Assembly: GCA_964406605.1 (NCBI GenBank)
Contig: CAYOSF010000014.1
Location: 5,095 to 69,094, forward strand
Origin: an uncultured Dehalococcoidia bacterium
Lineage (GTDB): Bacteria > Chloroflexota > Dehalococcoidia > DSTF01 > RBG-16-68-14
Length of the DNA stretch: 64,000 nt
Direction of reading: 5' to 3'
Positions 1-9,162 of the stretch are shown here, piece after piece. A model generated the notes under the pieces. That model was not told where the DNA came from. It did not search any database and worked only from the letters and a program-made list of their open reading frames with translations. The translations under genes were made by a program, and so were the position numbers. Each line of letters opens with the position of its first letter. Within the stretch, counting starts at the first letter, position 1.

Positions 1-9
1 ACCGGTCTT

Positions 10-170
10 GTAGGGGCAGGCCCCTGCGCCTGCCCTTCCCTGGGTAGGCCCGGGCACCCGGGCCAGATACGAAATGCGCGTGCGCGCAGACAGAATGCCA
101 TGATCCTGCGAAACAGATTTGCCCCCGCACCAGCCACGAACCTCGTCGGGGCACCCCCCTGTGGGTGCCC
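10..170 (+). repeat. Cluster of GTAG/GTCG-type REP-like palindromes
   Basis: GTAG-GGGCAGGC-ccctgc-GCCTGCCC (10-35); GTAG followed by GGCCCGGG/CCCGGGCC hairpin (44-64); GTCG-GGGCACCC-ccctgt-GGGTGCCC (145-170). Intergenic, downstream of the acyl-CoA dehydrogenase gene. Confidence 0.6.
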
Positions 171-353
171 AACGCCCTTCTCGGGCCTGCCGGCGCACCA
201 AACAATCAAACAGGGCCTGGAAGAAACGCCCGTGACGAATACGAAAGGATCGATCACAGATGAAACAATCAGACCCCGCCTTGGGCCGCGTCGCTCCGGG
301 CCCTCTGCAAAGGCCGCCATGTCACCCCGTAGGCGCCTGCGACCGTTCCCATG

Positions 354-373
354 CCCCAGCCTTCAGGCTGGGG
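354..373. repeat. Perfect hairpin resembling an IS200/IS605 subterminal palindrome
   Basis: CCCCAGCC-TTCA-GGCTGGGG, 21 bp downstream of the ACAD stop; no transposase nearby. Confidence 0.4.
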
Positions 374-394
374 TGCCGTTTCCTCCGGCCCCCG

Positions 395-1627
395 CTATCC
401 GCCCGGCTCGTCCAGCAGCTCCCGCGCTCCCGACAGCGCGAGCACGTCGTTCGCCCCGTCCTCGATGAGCGCCGCCCGCGCGTCCCGCAGCAGTTGCTCC
501 ACCAGCACGCCCTTGGCCAGACCCATGCCCCCATGCAGTTGCACCGCGTCGGACGCCACCTCGAACGCGGCCTGCGTGCAGTAGACCTTGGCCGCCATCG
601 AGTAGTGATGCGTTGGCAGGCCGCTGGCCAGGCGCGCGTTCGCCTTGCGCGAGATAGCATCGGCCGCCTGGACCTTCATGAACATGTCGAACAGCTTGCG
701 CTGCACCAACTGATGCTGCGCGATGGGCACGCCGCCCTGCACCCGTTGCTGTGCGTAGGCCAGCGCCTCCTCGAACCCGGCACGGGTCACGCCGGCGAAC
801 GTCGCGCTCATCAGCGCGTTCGCTGCCGCAAAGATGTTGTTGGACAGGACCGAGTACGCCGGCGGCTCGATCAGCATGTAGTGCCCCGGTATGCGAACGT
901 CGTCGAAGAAGATCTCACCCTGGTTGAGGGCCCGCTGGCCGAGCTTGTTCAGCGGCTTGCCCTTCGAGACGCCCGGCAGGTTCGACGGCACCAGCGCGAT
1001 GCCGGTGCCGTTCATGCCCAAGGCCGGATCGACACACACGTACACCAGCGCGTGCGTGGCGATTGTCCCGTTGGACACCCAGGCGGATTTCTGGCCGTTG
1101 ATCACCCACTCGTCGCCGTCTTTGTGCGCCCTACAGCCGAGGTGCACGTCCGGACGGGCGTGCTCGCCCACCGGCAGGATGGTGTCGGAGCCGTGCTCCG
1201 GCTCCGTCCCCGCCCAGCAGCCGATGTGCTTCCCTTCGCGGTCCTCCACGAACGGCATCACCACCTCGCGCATCAGGTCAGGGTGACCTCTCATAGCTGC
1301 GAAGCGGAACGGCATGGTCGCGACGGACAGGCTGATGGCGAGACCGCCGCTGCCCCATCCCATCTCCTCAGAGACGACATACTGATCGCCGGGACCGAGG
1401 TTGCCGCCGCCCAGCTCCTCCGGGAACCCACGCAGATGGTACTCCGCCTGGTAGGCCGTCTTGAACACATCCCGCAGCCGGGATCCCGGGGCGATCACCT
1501 CGTCCGGGGAGAGCGCGTCCAGCTCCATGCTCGCCGGCCGGAGCACCTCTTCGGCGAAGCGATGCGTCTCCTGCTTGAGCGTGATCTGCTCAGGTGTCAG
1601 GTGGTAGGTGTCGGGCGCGTACGGCAT
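395..1627 (-). CDS. Acyl-CoA dehydrogenase
   Basis: CWAGTEPEHGSD, WVINGQKSAWVSNG, KLGQRALNQGEIFFDDVRIP, QRVQGGVPIAQHQLVQ, VQLHGGMG and IEDGAND motifs. Confidence 0.95.
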   Translation of the reverse strand: MPYAPDTYHLTPEQITLKQETHRFAEEVLRPASMELDALSPDEVIAPGSRLRDVFKTAYQAEYHLRGFPEELGGGNLGPGDQYVVSEEMGWGSGGLAISLSVATMPFRFAAMRGHPDLMREVVMPFVEDREGKHIGCWAGTEPEHGSDTILPVGEHARPDVHLGCRAHKDGDEWVINGQKSAWVSNGTIATHALVYVCVDPALGMNGTGIALVPSNLPGVSKGKPLNKLGQRALNQGEIFFDDVRIPGHYMLIEPPAYSVLSNNIFAAANALMSATFAGVTRAGFEEALAYAQQRVQGGVPIAQHQLVQRKLFDMFMKVQAADAISRKANARLASGLPTHHYSMAAKVYCTQAAFEVASDAVQLHGGMGLAKGVLVEQLLRDARAALIEDGANDVLALSGARELLDEPGG

Positions 1628-1658
1628 GGCCGTGACCTCCTCTCGATGAGAGCTCTCC

Positions 1659-2711
1659 TCAGACGCCGATCTCTACGACGATCCGCTCGGGGTCTCCCTC
1701 CTTCGTCCGCAGCAGCTCCAGGCCCGCTGCCACCTCATCGAGGCGGAGCCGATGTGAGATGGACGCACCGATGTCGATCTTGCCTTCCGCCTCGAGTCGC
1801 AGGACTTCGGCCAGGTCATCCACATGCGACGCGAAGCTTCCGAGCACGCTGAGCCCGCGCAGCCCAAAGGCGACCAGTGGCAGATCGATGCGCGGCGGCT
1901 GCATGCAGACACCAACCAGGACCAGCCTGCCGCTGGGGGCCAACGCGCTGACCGCGCTGGCGACCACCTCTGGCCTGCCGACGCATTCGAGCGCAAGGTC
2001 GGCGCCACCGCCTGTCGTCTCCTGTACGAGCGCCGCCGTATCCTCTCCCGGCACGGCGAGCACCGTGTCCGTCGCGCCACGCGCCGAGGCCCGTTTCAGC
2101 GCCGTCTCGGAGACGTCCACCGCCACCACCTGGGCGGCGCCCAGAACCGCCGCGAGACCCACCGCCTGGCTGCCGAGCCCTCCCACGCCGAAGACGGCGA
2201 CCCGGTCCCTGGGCGTGAGCCCGCCCCGACAGGTGAGCGCGTGGTAGGGCGTCGCCACACAGTCGGTCGCGACAGCCGCCGCCTCGAGCGACACAGCGTC
2301 CGGCACCCTCACGAGACAGTCGCTGGGCACCCGAATGGCCTCGGCGAACGCTCCATCGATGTGCAGGCCCGGCGCCCGGATCGACGCACAGCTCATGGGG
2401 TGTCCTGAAAGACAGTCTCGACACGTTCCACAGCCGCTCCCGAGATGGAGCGCCACGCGGTCCCCCGGCTCCCAATCCGCTACCCCCGGGCCGACCGATT
2501 CGATCACGCCTGCGGGCTCGTGTCCCATCGTGATGGGCATGGTCGGGAGCGGCACGTCTTCCATGAAGTGCAGATCCGAGCCACAGATCCCGCAGGCGGC
2601 CACCCGGACGACGACTTCGCCGCGACCGGGCTCGGGATAGGGAACCTCCTCTATTCGCACCGGCTTTCCGATGCCGTGGAGGCGTGCCGCAAGCATGGTC
2701 CGGCCGCTCAA
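1659..2711 (-). CDS. Zn-dependent alcohol dehydrogenase (MDR family)
   Basis: CGICGSDLH, GHE, structural Zn CGTCRDC..C, GVGGLG Rossmann motif. TTG start overlaps the upstream TGA; alternative ATG at 2696. Confidence 0.93.
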   Translation of the reverse strand: MSGRTMLAARLHGIGKPVRIEEVPYPEPGRGEVVVRVAACGICGSDLHFMEDVPLPTMPITMGHEPAGVIESVGPGVADWEPGDRVALHLGSGCGTCRDCLSGHPMSCASIRAPGLHIDGAFAEAIRVPSDCLVRVPDAVSLEAAAVATDCVATPYHALTCRGGLTPRDRVAVFGVGGLGSQAVGLAAVLGAAQVVAVDVSETALKRASARGATDTVLAVPGEDTAALVQETTGGGADLALECVGRPEVVASAVSALAPSGRLVLVGVCMQPPRIDLPLVAFGLRGLSVLGSFASHVDDLAEVLRLEAEGKIDIGASISHRLRLDEVAAGLELLRTKEGDPERIVVEIGV

Positions 2712-3445
2712 GCTACCTGCTCCTTCCGCGTGATCCGCTTCAGCACCTCGCCCGCGGGGATTGTGTTATCGGAGAGCATCACGATCATGGGGCCCTCGGT
2801 GTCGGGCACCAGGTCGGCGATGGGATCGAGGTCGGAGGGCTCACAGCGCACCGTTGCCCGGCCTACCTCCTGCTCGCGCGGAACGATCTCGATCTGGGTC
2901 TTCGTGATCTCCTCGATCGCGATGCCGCCAGCCGGGTCCGGGATCAGCTTGTAGTTGATCGCCGGGGCGCCAGCCGCCGGGCCTCGTGCAGCAGCCCCCT
3001 CGCCGGGCATCGGCCCCTGGACCGTGCCCTCAACCGTCAGGATCGTCTTGCCCCAGCGGGTCACCGATCCGTGGACGCGGTCGCCTTCGCGCTCCCACTC
3101 GACCTGCGCCAGCTTCTTGGGGAACCCAGCGATCTCGCGACCGGGGATCAGCGCCTCGTCCGTCGTCACGTAAATGTAGGGCACGTAGTTGCCCAGCGTG
3201 CCATCGACGCGAACGGGCACCAGCACGACGAGCTCCTTGAACGGGTGCGCGAACTCTGTTTGCGGGTAGCTGAGCAGCGTGATCAACCCCGACCCGTCGG
3301 CGGGCTCCATGCCCGGTGGCAGAATGCGCGCCACCGCTCCGGAACGCGGCGCGAACGGGAAGACGGCCATCCGCACCCCCTGCCACTTGTGAGGCAGCTC
3401 GGGGAAGACGGGCGCGGACCAGGGCATGCTGATGGGCTGAGTCAT
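2708..3445 (-). CDS. Acetoacetate decarboxylase family protein
   Basis: LPPGMEP, YVPYIYVTTDEALIPGREIAGFPKKLA (Schiff-base Lys motif) and INYKLIPD. Confidence 0.88.
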   Translation of the reverse strand: MTQPISMPWSAPVFPELPHKWQGVRMAVFPFAPRSGAVARILPPGMEPADGSGLITLLSYPQTEFAHPFKELVVLVPVRVDGTLGNYVPYIYVTTDEALIPGREIAGFPKKLAQVEWEREGDRVHGSVTRWGKTILTVEGTVQGPMPGEGAAARGPAAGAPAINYKLIPDPAGGIAIEEITKTQIEIVPREQEVGRATVRCEPSDLDPIADLVPDTEGPMIVMLSDNTIPAGEVLKRITRKEQVA

Positions 3446-3540
3446 GGATCATCCTCCTCGGACGGCTCGATGGCGACGCCTCCAGATGGGCTATCGCCAT
3501 GGCATTCCTCTCCCTCCACAGGCGATCTGCGTCGAGGAAA

Positions 3541-5100
3541 CTAGACGTTGTGGGCTTCGCGGTCCCAGGTGTTGGGACCCACTCCGTCGCCTTTCAGGCT
3601 GCTCTTCTGGACGCGATGAGTTCCCGTCTTCGGCAATGCGTCGCGGAACTCGATGTAGCGGGGAACCATGAACCGAGCCATCCGCTCCTCGCAGTGACGG
3701 ATCAGGTCCTCTGGCGCGAGCGTCTCGCCCTCCTTCAGCACCACGACGGCCATCACGTCGTCCTCACCGAGATCCGAGGGAACTCCGAACACCGCAGATT
3801 CTAGGATCGCTGGGTGGCTGTCGATCCCGCGCTCGACCTCCCAGGAGGAGATGTTCTCACCGCGGCGTCGCAGCGAATCCGTCTTGCGGTCCACGAAATA
3901 GAGATTGCCCTCTTCGTCGGCGTAGACAAGGTCGCCGGTGTGGAACCAGCCGTCTTGGATCTTGGCGTTGCTGGCCTCTTCGTTCTTGTAGTACTCCACA
4001 CGCCGGCGCCTGGCGTCGTCCACCTCGAAGAGGAGCTCACCGGGTTGCCCTGGAGCCACCTCGCGGCCCTGGTCATCGACGATGCGGATCGGGGTGGGCG
4101 GCTTGCCGATCGATCCCTTCGGCGAGTTCCCGATGTTGACGACGCTGAACCCACCGCCGTCGACGGCCGCATATCCCTCGACGATGTGCACCCCGAAGCG
4201 CTTCTCGAACTCGGCCCAGACCGAGGCGGGGCAGGCCGCGCTGATGACCAGGCGTACCGGGTTCTCCGCGTCGTTGGGCCGCTCTGGCTGCTTCATCAGG
4301 ATAGGAATCATGGCCCCCAGCGCGTTGAAGGTTGTGACTCCGTAGCGCCGGATCTCGTCCCAGAAGCGGCTGGCCGAGAAGCGGCGCGAGAGAGCCATCG
4401 GAAAGCCCATGGCGAGTGCCCGCATCGTAGTCAACTGAAGAGCATTGGCGTGGAAGAGCGGCAGACAGGTGTAGAGCACACTGTCGGGGTCCAGCGTCCC
4501 ACCGAGCAGCCGAACGCCGACGACATTCATCGCCCTGTAGCGGCTGACCACACCCTTGGGCGCGCCGGTCGTTCCCGAAGTGTACAGGATCACAGAGATC
4601 GCATCCTCTTCGATCTCTGCCTCGGGGTCCGCATCGGACGCCGCCATCAGCTCGGCGAGCGGCAGCCAGTCTTCCGGCACCGCTGCCTCGGCTGCATCGA
4701 TGATGATCCGGCTCAGCTTGGGGAGCGAGCTGAAAACAGCCTGGACCGCATCGACGTAGTCGGCGTGACAGACCAGAATGGACGAATCTGAGTGATCCAC
4801 CACGTGCCGCAGACCCTCTCCCTTAAGCGCGACATTCACCGGGACGGCATAAGCGCCGAGCTTCTGGACGGCAAAGTACACGAAGAGCCACTCGGGGCAG
4901 TTCGGCATCATGATCGCGACGCCGACGCCCGTCTTCACGCCGAGGGCGGCCAGACCGTTGGCGGCACGGTTCACCTGCCGGTTGAGTTCGGCAAAGCTGA
5001 TGACGCGATCTTCGAAGTAGAGGAAGGGCTTGTCGCCCAAGGCCTTTGCCTGCGCTTCGATGAGCGCTCTGAGCGTCGTGGGTTCGTCTGCCATCGGCAT
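3541..5100 (-). CDS. ATP-dependent acyl-CoA ligase (CaiC-like AMP-binding protein)
   Basis: YTSGTTGAPKG, LPLFHANA, WFHTGDL, DRKTDSLRRRGENIS and LPKTGTHRVQK. Start trimmed to MPMADEP (5100, or 5094). Confidence 0.93.
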   Translation of the reverse strand: MPMADEPTTLRALIEAQAKALGDKPFLYFEDRVISFAELNRQVNRAANGLAALGVKTGVGVAIMMPNCPEWLFVYFAVQKLGAYAVPVNVALKGEGLRHVVDHSDSSILVCHADYVDAVQAVFSSLPKLSRIIIDAAEAAVPEDWLPLAELMAASDADPEAEIEEDAISVILYTSGTTGAPKGVVSRYRAMNVVGVRLLGGTLDPDSVLYTCLPLFHANALQLTTMRALAMGFPMALSRRFSASRFWDEIRRYGVTTFNALGAMIPILMKQPERPNDAENPVRLVISAACPASVWAEFEKRFGVHIVEGYAAVDGGGFSVVNIGNSPKGSIGKPPTPIRIVDDQGREVAPGQPGELLFEVDDARRRRVEYYKNEEASNAKIQDGWFHTGDLVYADEEGNLYFVDRKTDSLRRRGENISSWEVERGIDSHPAILESAVFGVPSDLGEDDVMAVVVLKEGETLAPEDLIRHCEERMARFMVPRYIEFRDALPKTGTHRVQKSSLKGDGVGPNTWDREAHNV

Positions 5101-5126
5101 CACCTCAGCGTTCGTTGAATCTCTCT

Positions 5127-6359
5127 CTAGCGTGTGAGAATCGTTACGCACATTGAGGCCGCTCCGTTTCCCACCACGCCGCCTCCGTTGTGTGCCAGAG
5201 CGGCCGTCACGCCTTCGACCTGTCGCTCCCCACACCGCCCCTGCAACTGCTCCGTGAGCTCGACGATCTGGGCGACACCGGTGGCGCCCACGGGATGACC
5301 CTTGCGGAGCAGGCCGCCGGAGGTGTTCACGGGCACGCGGCCCCCAAGCCTTGTGGCTCCCTCTTCGATGAGCCTCCCCGACTCGCCGCTGCGGCACAGA
5401 CCGATCGACTCGTAGGCCAAAAGCTCGCCGATGGCGGAGGCGTCGTGGAGCTCGATGACTCCTATGTCCTCGGGACCGACACCGGCCTCCTCGCGTGCTT
5501 CTTCTGCGCACAGCCTGGCGGAATCCGACTCCCCCGGGTCGCCGTCCCACCCGGAGTGGAGAACGCTGGAAACCACGCGCACCGGGTTCTTGCAACCCAG
5601 TTCGCCCGCCTTGCGCTCGCTGACCACCACGGCGGCCGCCGCACCGTCGCCGATCGGTGAACACATCGGTCGCGTGAGTGGCTCGACGATCATCGGCGCT
5701 CCAAGCACGTCCTCGACGGTCAACACCTCGCGGAACTGGGCCCGCGGGTTGAGGCTCCCGTGCAGCGAGTTCTTCGCCGAGACTCCGGCCAACTGCTCCA
5801 CGGTCGTCCCGTACCGCGCCATGTGGGCCCGCGCAACGTTGGCATAGAAGTCCATGGCGACCGACCGCTTGTCACCTCCGTTGCCACTCCTGGGCGCCCC
5901 TCCGGCTGATGGTTCGTGCGCAGCAAACATGGCGAGCGCCGACTCGATCGCCTCGACATCCATTCCGCCTCGCAGCGCCAGGAAGGTCCTCTGCTTGTCT
6001 GGGTGGTAGAGCTTCTCCACGCCCAGAGCGAGGACCACATCGTAGCACCCGGTAGAGACCATGGCGCAGGCCTGATAGAACGCGGTGGAGCCGCCGCCAC
6101 AGGCGTTCTCGACATTGATGACGGGAATCCGCCCGATGCCCATCGGACGCAGGATGACCTGTCCGCGAATGCACTCCTGTCCGGTGATCAGACCGGCCAT
6201 CGCGTTGCTGACGTAGGCCGCCTCGATGGCGGCCGCACCGACGCCCGCGTCTTTGAGCGCCGCCCCGACTGCCTCCGCACCGAGGGCCTTGAGCCCCGTG
6301 TCCATGTGCTTCCCGAACCGGGTCATGCCGACGCCGGCCACGATCGCCTTCATTCGCAT
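5127..6359 (-). CDS. Thiolase family protein (SCP-x / lipid-transfer type)
   Basis: GVGMTRFGKH, NVENACGGGSTA, CSPIGDGAAA, ELHDA and NTSGGLLRKGHPVGATG. Start trimmed to MRMKAIV after an AGGAG SD. Confidence 0.92.
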   Translation of the reverse strand: MRMKAIVAGVGMTRFGKHMDTGLKALGAEAVGAALKDAGVGAAAIEAAYVSNAMAGLITGQECIRGQVILRPMGIGRIPVINVENACGGGSTAFYQACAMVSTGCYDVVLALGVEKLYHPDKQRTFLALRGGMDVEAIESALAMFAAHEPSAGGAPRSGNGGDKRSVAMDFYANVARAHMARYGTTVEQLAGVSAKNSLHGSLNPRAQFREVLTVEDVLGAPMIVEPLTRPMCSPIGDGAAAAVVVSERKAGELGCKNPVRVVSSVLHSGWDGDPGESDSARLCAEEAREEAGVGPEDIGVIELHDASAIGELLAYESIGLCRSGESGRLIEEGATRLGGRVPVNTSGGLLRKGHPVGATGVAQIVELTEQLQGRCGERQVEGVTAALAHNGGGVVGNGAASMCVTILTR

Positions 6360-6375
6360 GCCCTTCTCCTTTCTG

Positions 6376-9162
6376 CTAGCGCTCGGCACTCTCCATGCGG
6401 TCCCGCTCGCCCTCGAAGGGCTCACAGGAGACGTTGACGCAGCGGTCGAAAGGCACCGGCTGCCACTCGATGGGACTGTGGTAGAGGTGCCCGTAGTCTC
6501 CCGCCAGGTGCAGCCACTTCACCATGCCGGGCTCGACCTCGTTGGAGCCGTTGCCGCCCGGGAACAGGAAACCCTCGAAACCGTTGTAGACCGTGAGAGC
6601 GTCGGGACGCTGTGCGGGGCTGGTGCGAGCGGGCGCCACGAACTCGCCTACGTCGTTCCAGACCCGCACCAGCGCATCGTCAGCGATCCCGCTGTTGCGT
6701 GCGACGGCATCGTTGATCAGCACGAAGGGCTTGCCGCGATGCGTCTCCATCATCAACGGATTGGTCATGTTCATAGCATGGATGCTCCAGCGGGCGTGGC
6801 CGCCGGAGAGACGGAACGGGTGGTTGCCGCCCATCGAGGGTGGCTCCTTGTGACACGGCAGATCCTCCCCGGCTTCCCGGTACCAGGGGTGGTCGATCAG
6901 GAACTGGGCACGCCGGGTGAGCGTCGGATAAGGGTGACCCAGTTCGATGTGGTTGCGCAACGGTGAGTGCGTCTCGTTTCGCGGGAACGGAGAGGCGTTA
7001 GCCCTCAGCAGGGCGATGAAGGCCCAGTCATTGTAGTGGCTGTAGCCCTTCTCACGGAAGGTCTCGAGCGTGGTTCCAGGCGGCATGTTACCGAAAGCCA
7101 CCGAATCCGCGAGCATTTCCCGGGCGACGCTCTCACCGTCGATGAGCGTTCCCTTGAGCGTGAAGAGGTCCCACAGCTCGTCGTAGCGGCGCCATCCCCC
7201 GCTGCGGTGCTGGAAGCCCTCCAGACCGCGCTCTTTGGCCCGCTCGGCGATCTTCTTCAGGAGCCCACCGAGCGCCTCCCACTCGCCCCGGGACTCTCCG
7301 TAGGGCGGCACCACGGCATGAGACATGGACAGGATGAAGGGCCAGGGCGTCGGCATGCTGAAGGCGGCCTTCTCGTAGTGCTGAGTGGCGGGCAGCACGA
7401 TGTCTGCGTAGAGCGCCGTCTGCGACATGCGGTAGTCCATGCACACGATCTTGGTCAGCTTTGGCCAGAGATTGCGGAGCAGGGCGTTCTTGCCGCCCCG
7501 CGTCCGCCGGAGCGTGTTGCCCCCTACCTCGAGCAGTACACGCGGCGGCTTGGTGGCGGCGATCTCGGCCGCCGGGTCCCAGGCCCTCGACCCCACTGCC
7601 TCCTGATAGTACTGATCGAAGTCGCGCGGCATGCTCGCGTCGCTCCAGTCGCGGTTGTTCCAACGCTCGCGATAGCCGGCGTGCGTGTACCAGAAGAAGG
7701 CCGGCGGTAGCATCATGCCGCTGCCAACGGTGCGCATGATCACGCGGTCTGCCAGTTCACCGGTCAGAGTGGGATCCTGCTCTATCAACTGCTCGCGGAC
7801 AACCTGGGCACCTTTCCGCAGCGCCTTTCCCGCCTCGACACCGGCTTCGGTCTTGGCCATCGCTATCGAGCCGCCGTCGAACATGAACGAACACCAGCTA
7901 CCCACGCCGGCGCCCTTCTTGCCCCAGTTCCCGGTCAGCCCAAAGAGCAGCAGAATGGCCCGGTCCATGAGGTCACCGTGGTAGTACTTGGAGATGCCCA
8001 CCCCGACGCTCAAGCGGGTCTTTCGGGACGCCATCTTGCGCGCGAGCAGCCGAATGGCGTCGGGGTGTGCCTCGCAGATCTCGCTGGCTCGCTCCGGTGT
8101 GTAGTGCGCGTCCAGCATGCGTCGGAGACGCGCGAACAACGGTTCGACGGGGATCCGCCCGGCGTCGAGTGTCTCGACTTCCACTGTTCCCTCTGCAAGG
8201 GGCTCAAAATCCAGCAACAGATTGGCGGGATCGGCCGGAACCACACCCCTTTCGGGATGAAACTGGTAGAAGCGGTCGTCACGCCCATCCCGTTCGACGT
8301 GACCCTGGCGCAGGTACTGCCCGGTGTCGGTGCGGACCAGCAGCGAGAGATCGGTCTGCGAGGCGGCGAAGCTCCAGTCCACCAGTCCCTCGGATATGAC
8401 GACCTGGCAGGCGGCCAGAGCCAGGGCGGCATCGGTGCCGTGGCGCACCGGGATGTGGTAGTCGACATGGCTGTGCGAGGGGCTCACGTCCGTGGAGATC
8501 AGGAAGACTTCCGCGCCTCGGTATCGCGCCTCGGTCATGTAGTGGAACCACGGGACGTTCGTATACGCAGGGTTCGAGTGCCAGATCAGAATGAGATCGG
8601 AGTGGAAGGTGTCGTCGTTGGAATGCGCGAAGGAGGACTTGCCGAAGGTCTGCTGATAGCCGGCGTGGAAGTCATTGATGGTGGCGTTCACGTCCAAGAC
8701 CTGTCCGCCAAGAACGCCCACGAAGCGCGAGCTCGGCCCGGTGGTCACGATCTGGGGACTCAGCTCGTGCACGAGGGACTCGGGGCCGACCTCCTCGATG
8801 GCGTCGACGATGGCGTCGGCAACCTCGGTCAGCGCCGCGTCCCAGGAGATGCGTTCCCAGCGCCCCTCGCCGCGCTCACCGGCGCGGCGCAGCGGGTACT
8901 TGATCCGATCCGGCGCCTCCATCTCCAGACTCCAGGCCAGCCCCTTCTGACAGATCATCGGGTTCATGTCGGGGACGCCGGACTCGACCTGCTCGCGCAC
9001 GCCCGCGGCCTCCTCCCGCACCACCCTGCCATCCTTGACCAGCACGTAGATCGGGCAGTCTCCCGGCACACAGTTCACGCAGTGGGTGCCGAAATGCGCC
9101 TCGTCCCACTCCTGTTCGACACGGCTGCGCTGGCGCTCCTCCGTCCGGTTTGGGCGGCTCAT
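6376..9162 (-). CDS. Type II DMSO-reductase-family molybdoenzyme alpha subunit (EbdA/S25dA-like), paralog 1
   Basis: FS0 motif GTHCVNCVPGDC...NPMICQKG, Mo-ligand region DVNATINDF, KYYHGDL, GNWGKKG, YPTLTRRAQF, GHARWSIH. ATGA overlap with the beta-subunit stop; no twin-Arg leader. Confidence 0.93.
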   Translation of the reverse strand: MSRPNRTEERQRSRVEQEWDEAHFGTHCVNCVPGDCPIYVLVKDGRVVREEAAGVREQVESGVPDMNPMICQKGLAWSLEMEAPDRIKYPLRRAGERGEGRWERISWDAALTEVADAIVDAIEEVGPESLVHELSPQIVTTGPSSRFVGVLGGQVLDVNATINDFHAGYQQTFGKSSFAHSNDDTFHSDLILIWHSNPAYTNVPWFHYMTEARYRGAEVFLISTDVSPSHSHVDYHIPVRHGTDAALALAACQVVISEGLVDWSFAASQTDLSLLVRTDTGQYLRQGHVERDGRDDRFYQFHPERGVVPADPANLLLDFEPLAEGTVEVETLDAGRIPVEPLFARLRRMLDAHYTPERASEICEAHPDAIRLLARKMASRKTRLSVGVGISKYYHGDLMDRAILLLFGLTGNWGKKGAGVGSWCSFMFDGGSIAMAKTEAGVEAGKALRKGAQVVREQLIEQDPTLTGELADRVIMRTVGSGMMLPPAFFWYTHAGYRERWNNRDWSDASMPRDFDQYYQEAVGSRAWDPAAEIAATKPPRVLLEVGGNTLRRTRGGKNALLRNLWPKLTKIVCMDYRMSQTALYADIVLPATQHYEKAAFSMPTPWPFILSMSHAVVPPYGESRGEWEALGGLLKKIAERAKERGLEGFQHRSGGWRRYDELWDLFTLKGTLIDGESVAREMLADSVAFGNMPPGTTLETFREKGYSHYNDWAFIALLRANASPFPRNETHSPLRNHIELGHPYPTLTRRAQFLIDHPWYREAGEDLPCHKEPPSMGGNHPFRLSGGHARWSIHAMNMTNPLMMETHRGKPFVLINDAVARNSGIADDALVRVWNDVGEFVAPARTSPAQRPDALTVYNGFEGFLFPGGNGSNEVEPGMVKWLHLAGDYGHLYHSPIEWQPVPFDRCVNVSCEPFEGERDRMESAER

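Noticed and set aside
260-1852. Long plus-strand ORF (530 aa) and similar long antisense ORFs (e.g. 18489-20483, 30873-33104, 45799-47313, 50620-52317)
   Set aside because: They are shadow frames opposite well-supported genes, typical of high-GC codon bias, and carry no protein motifs.
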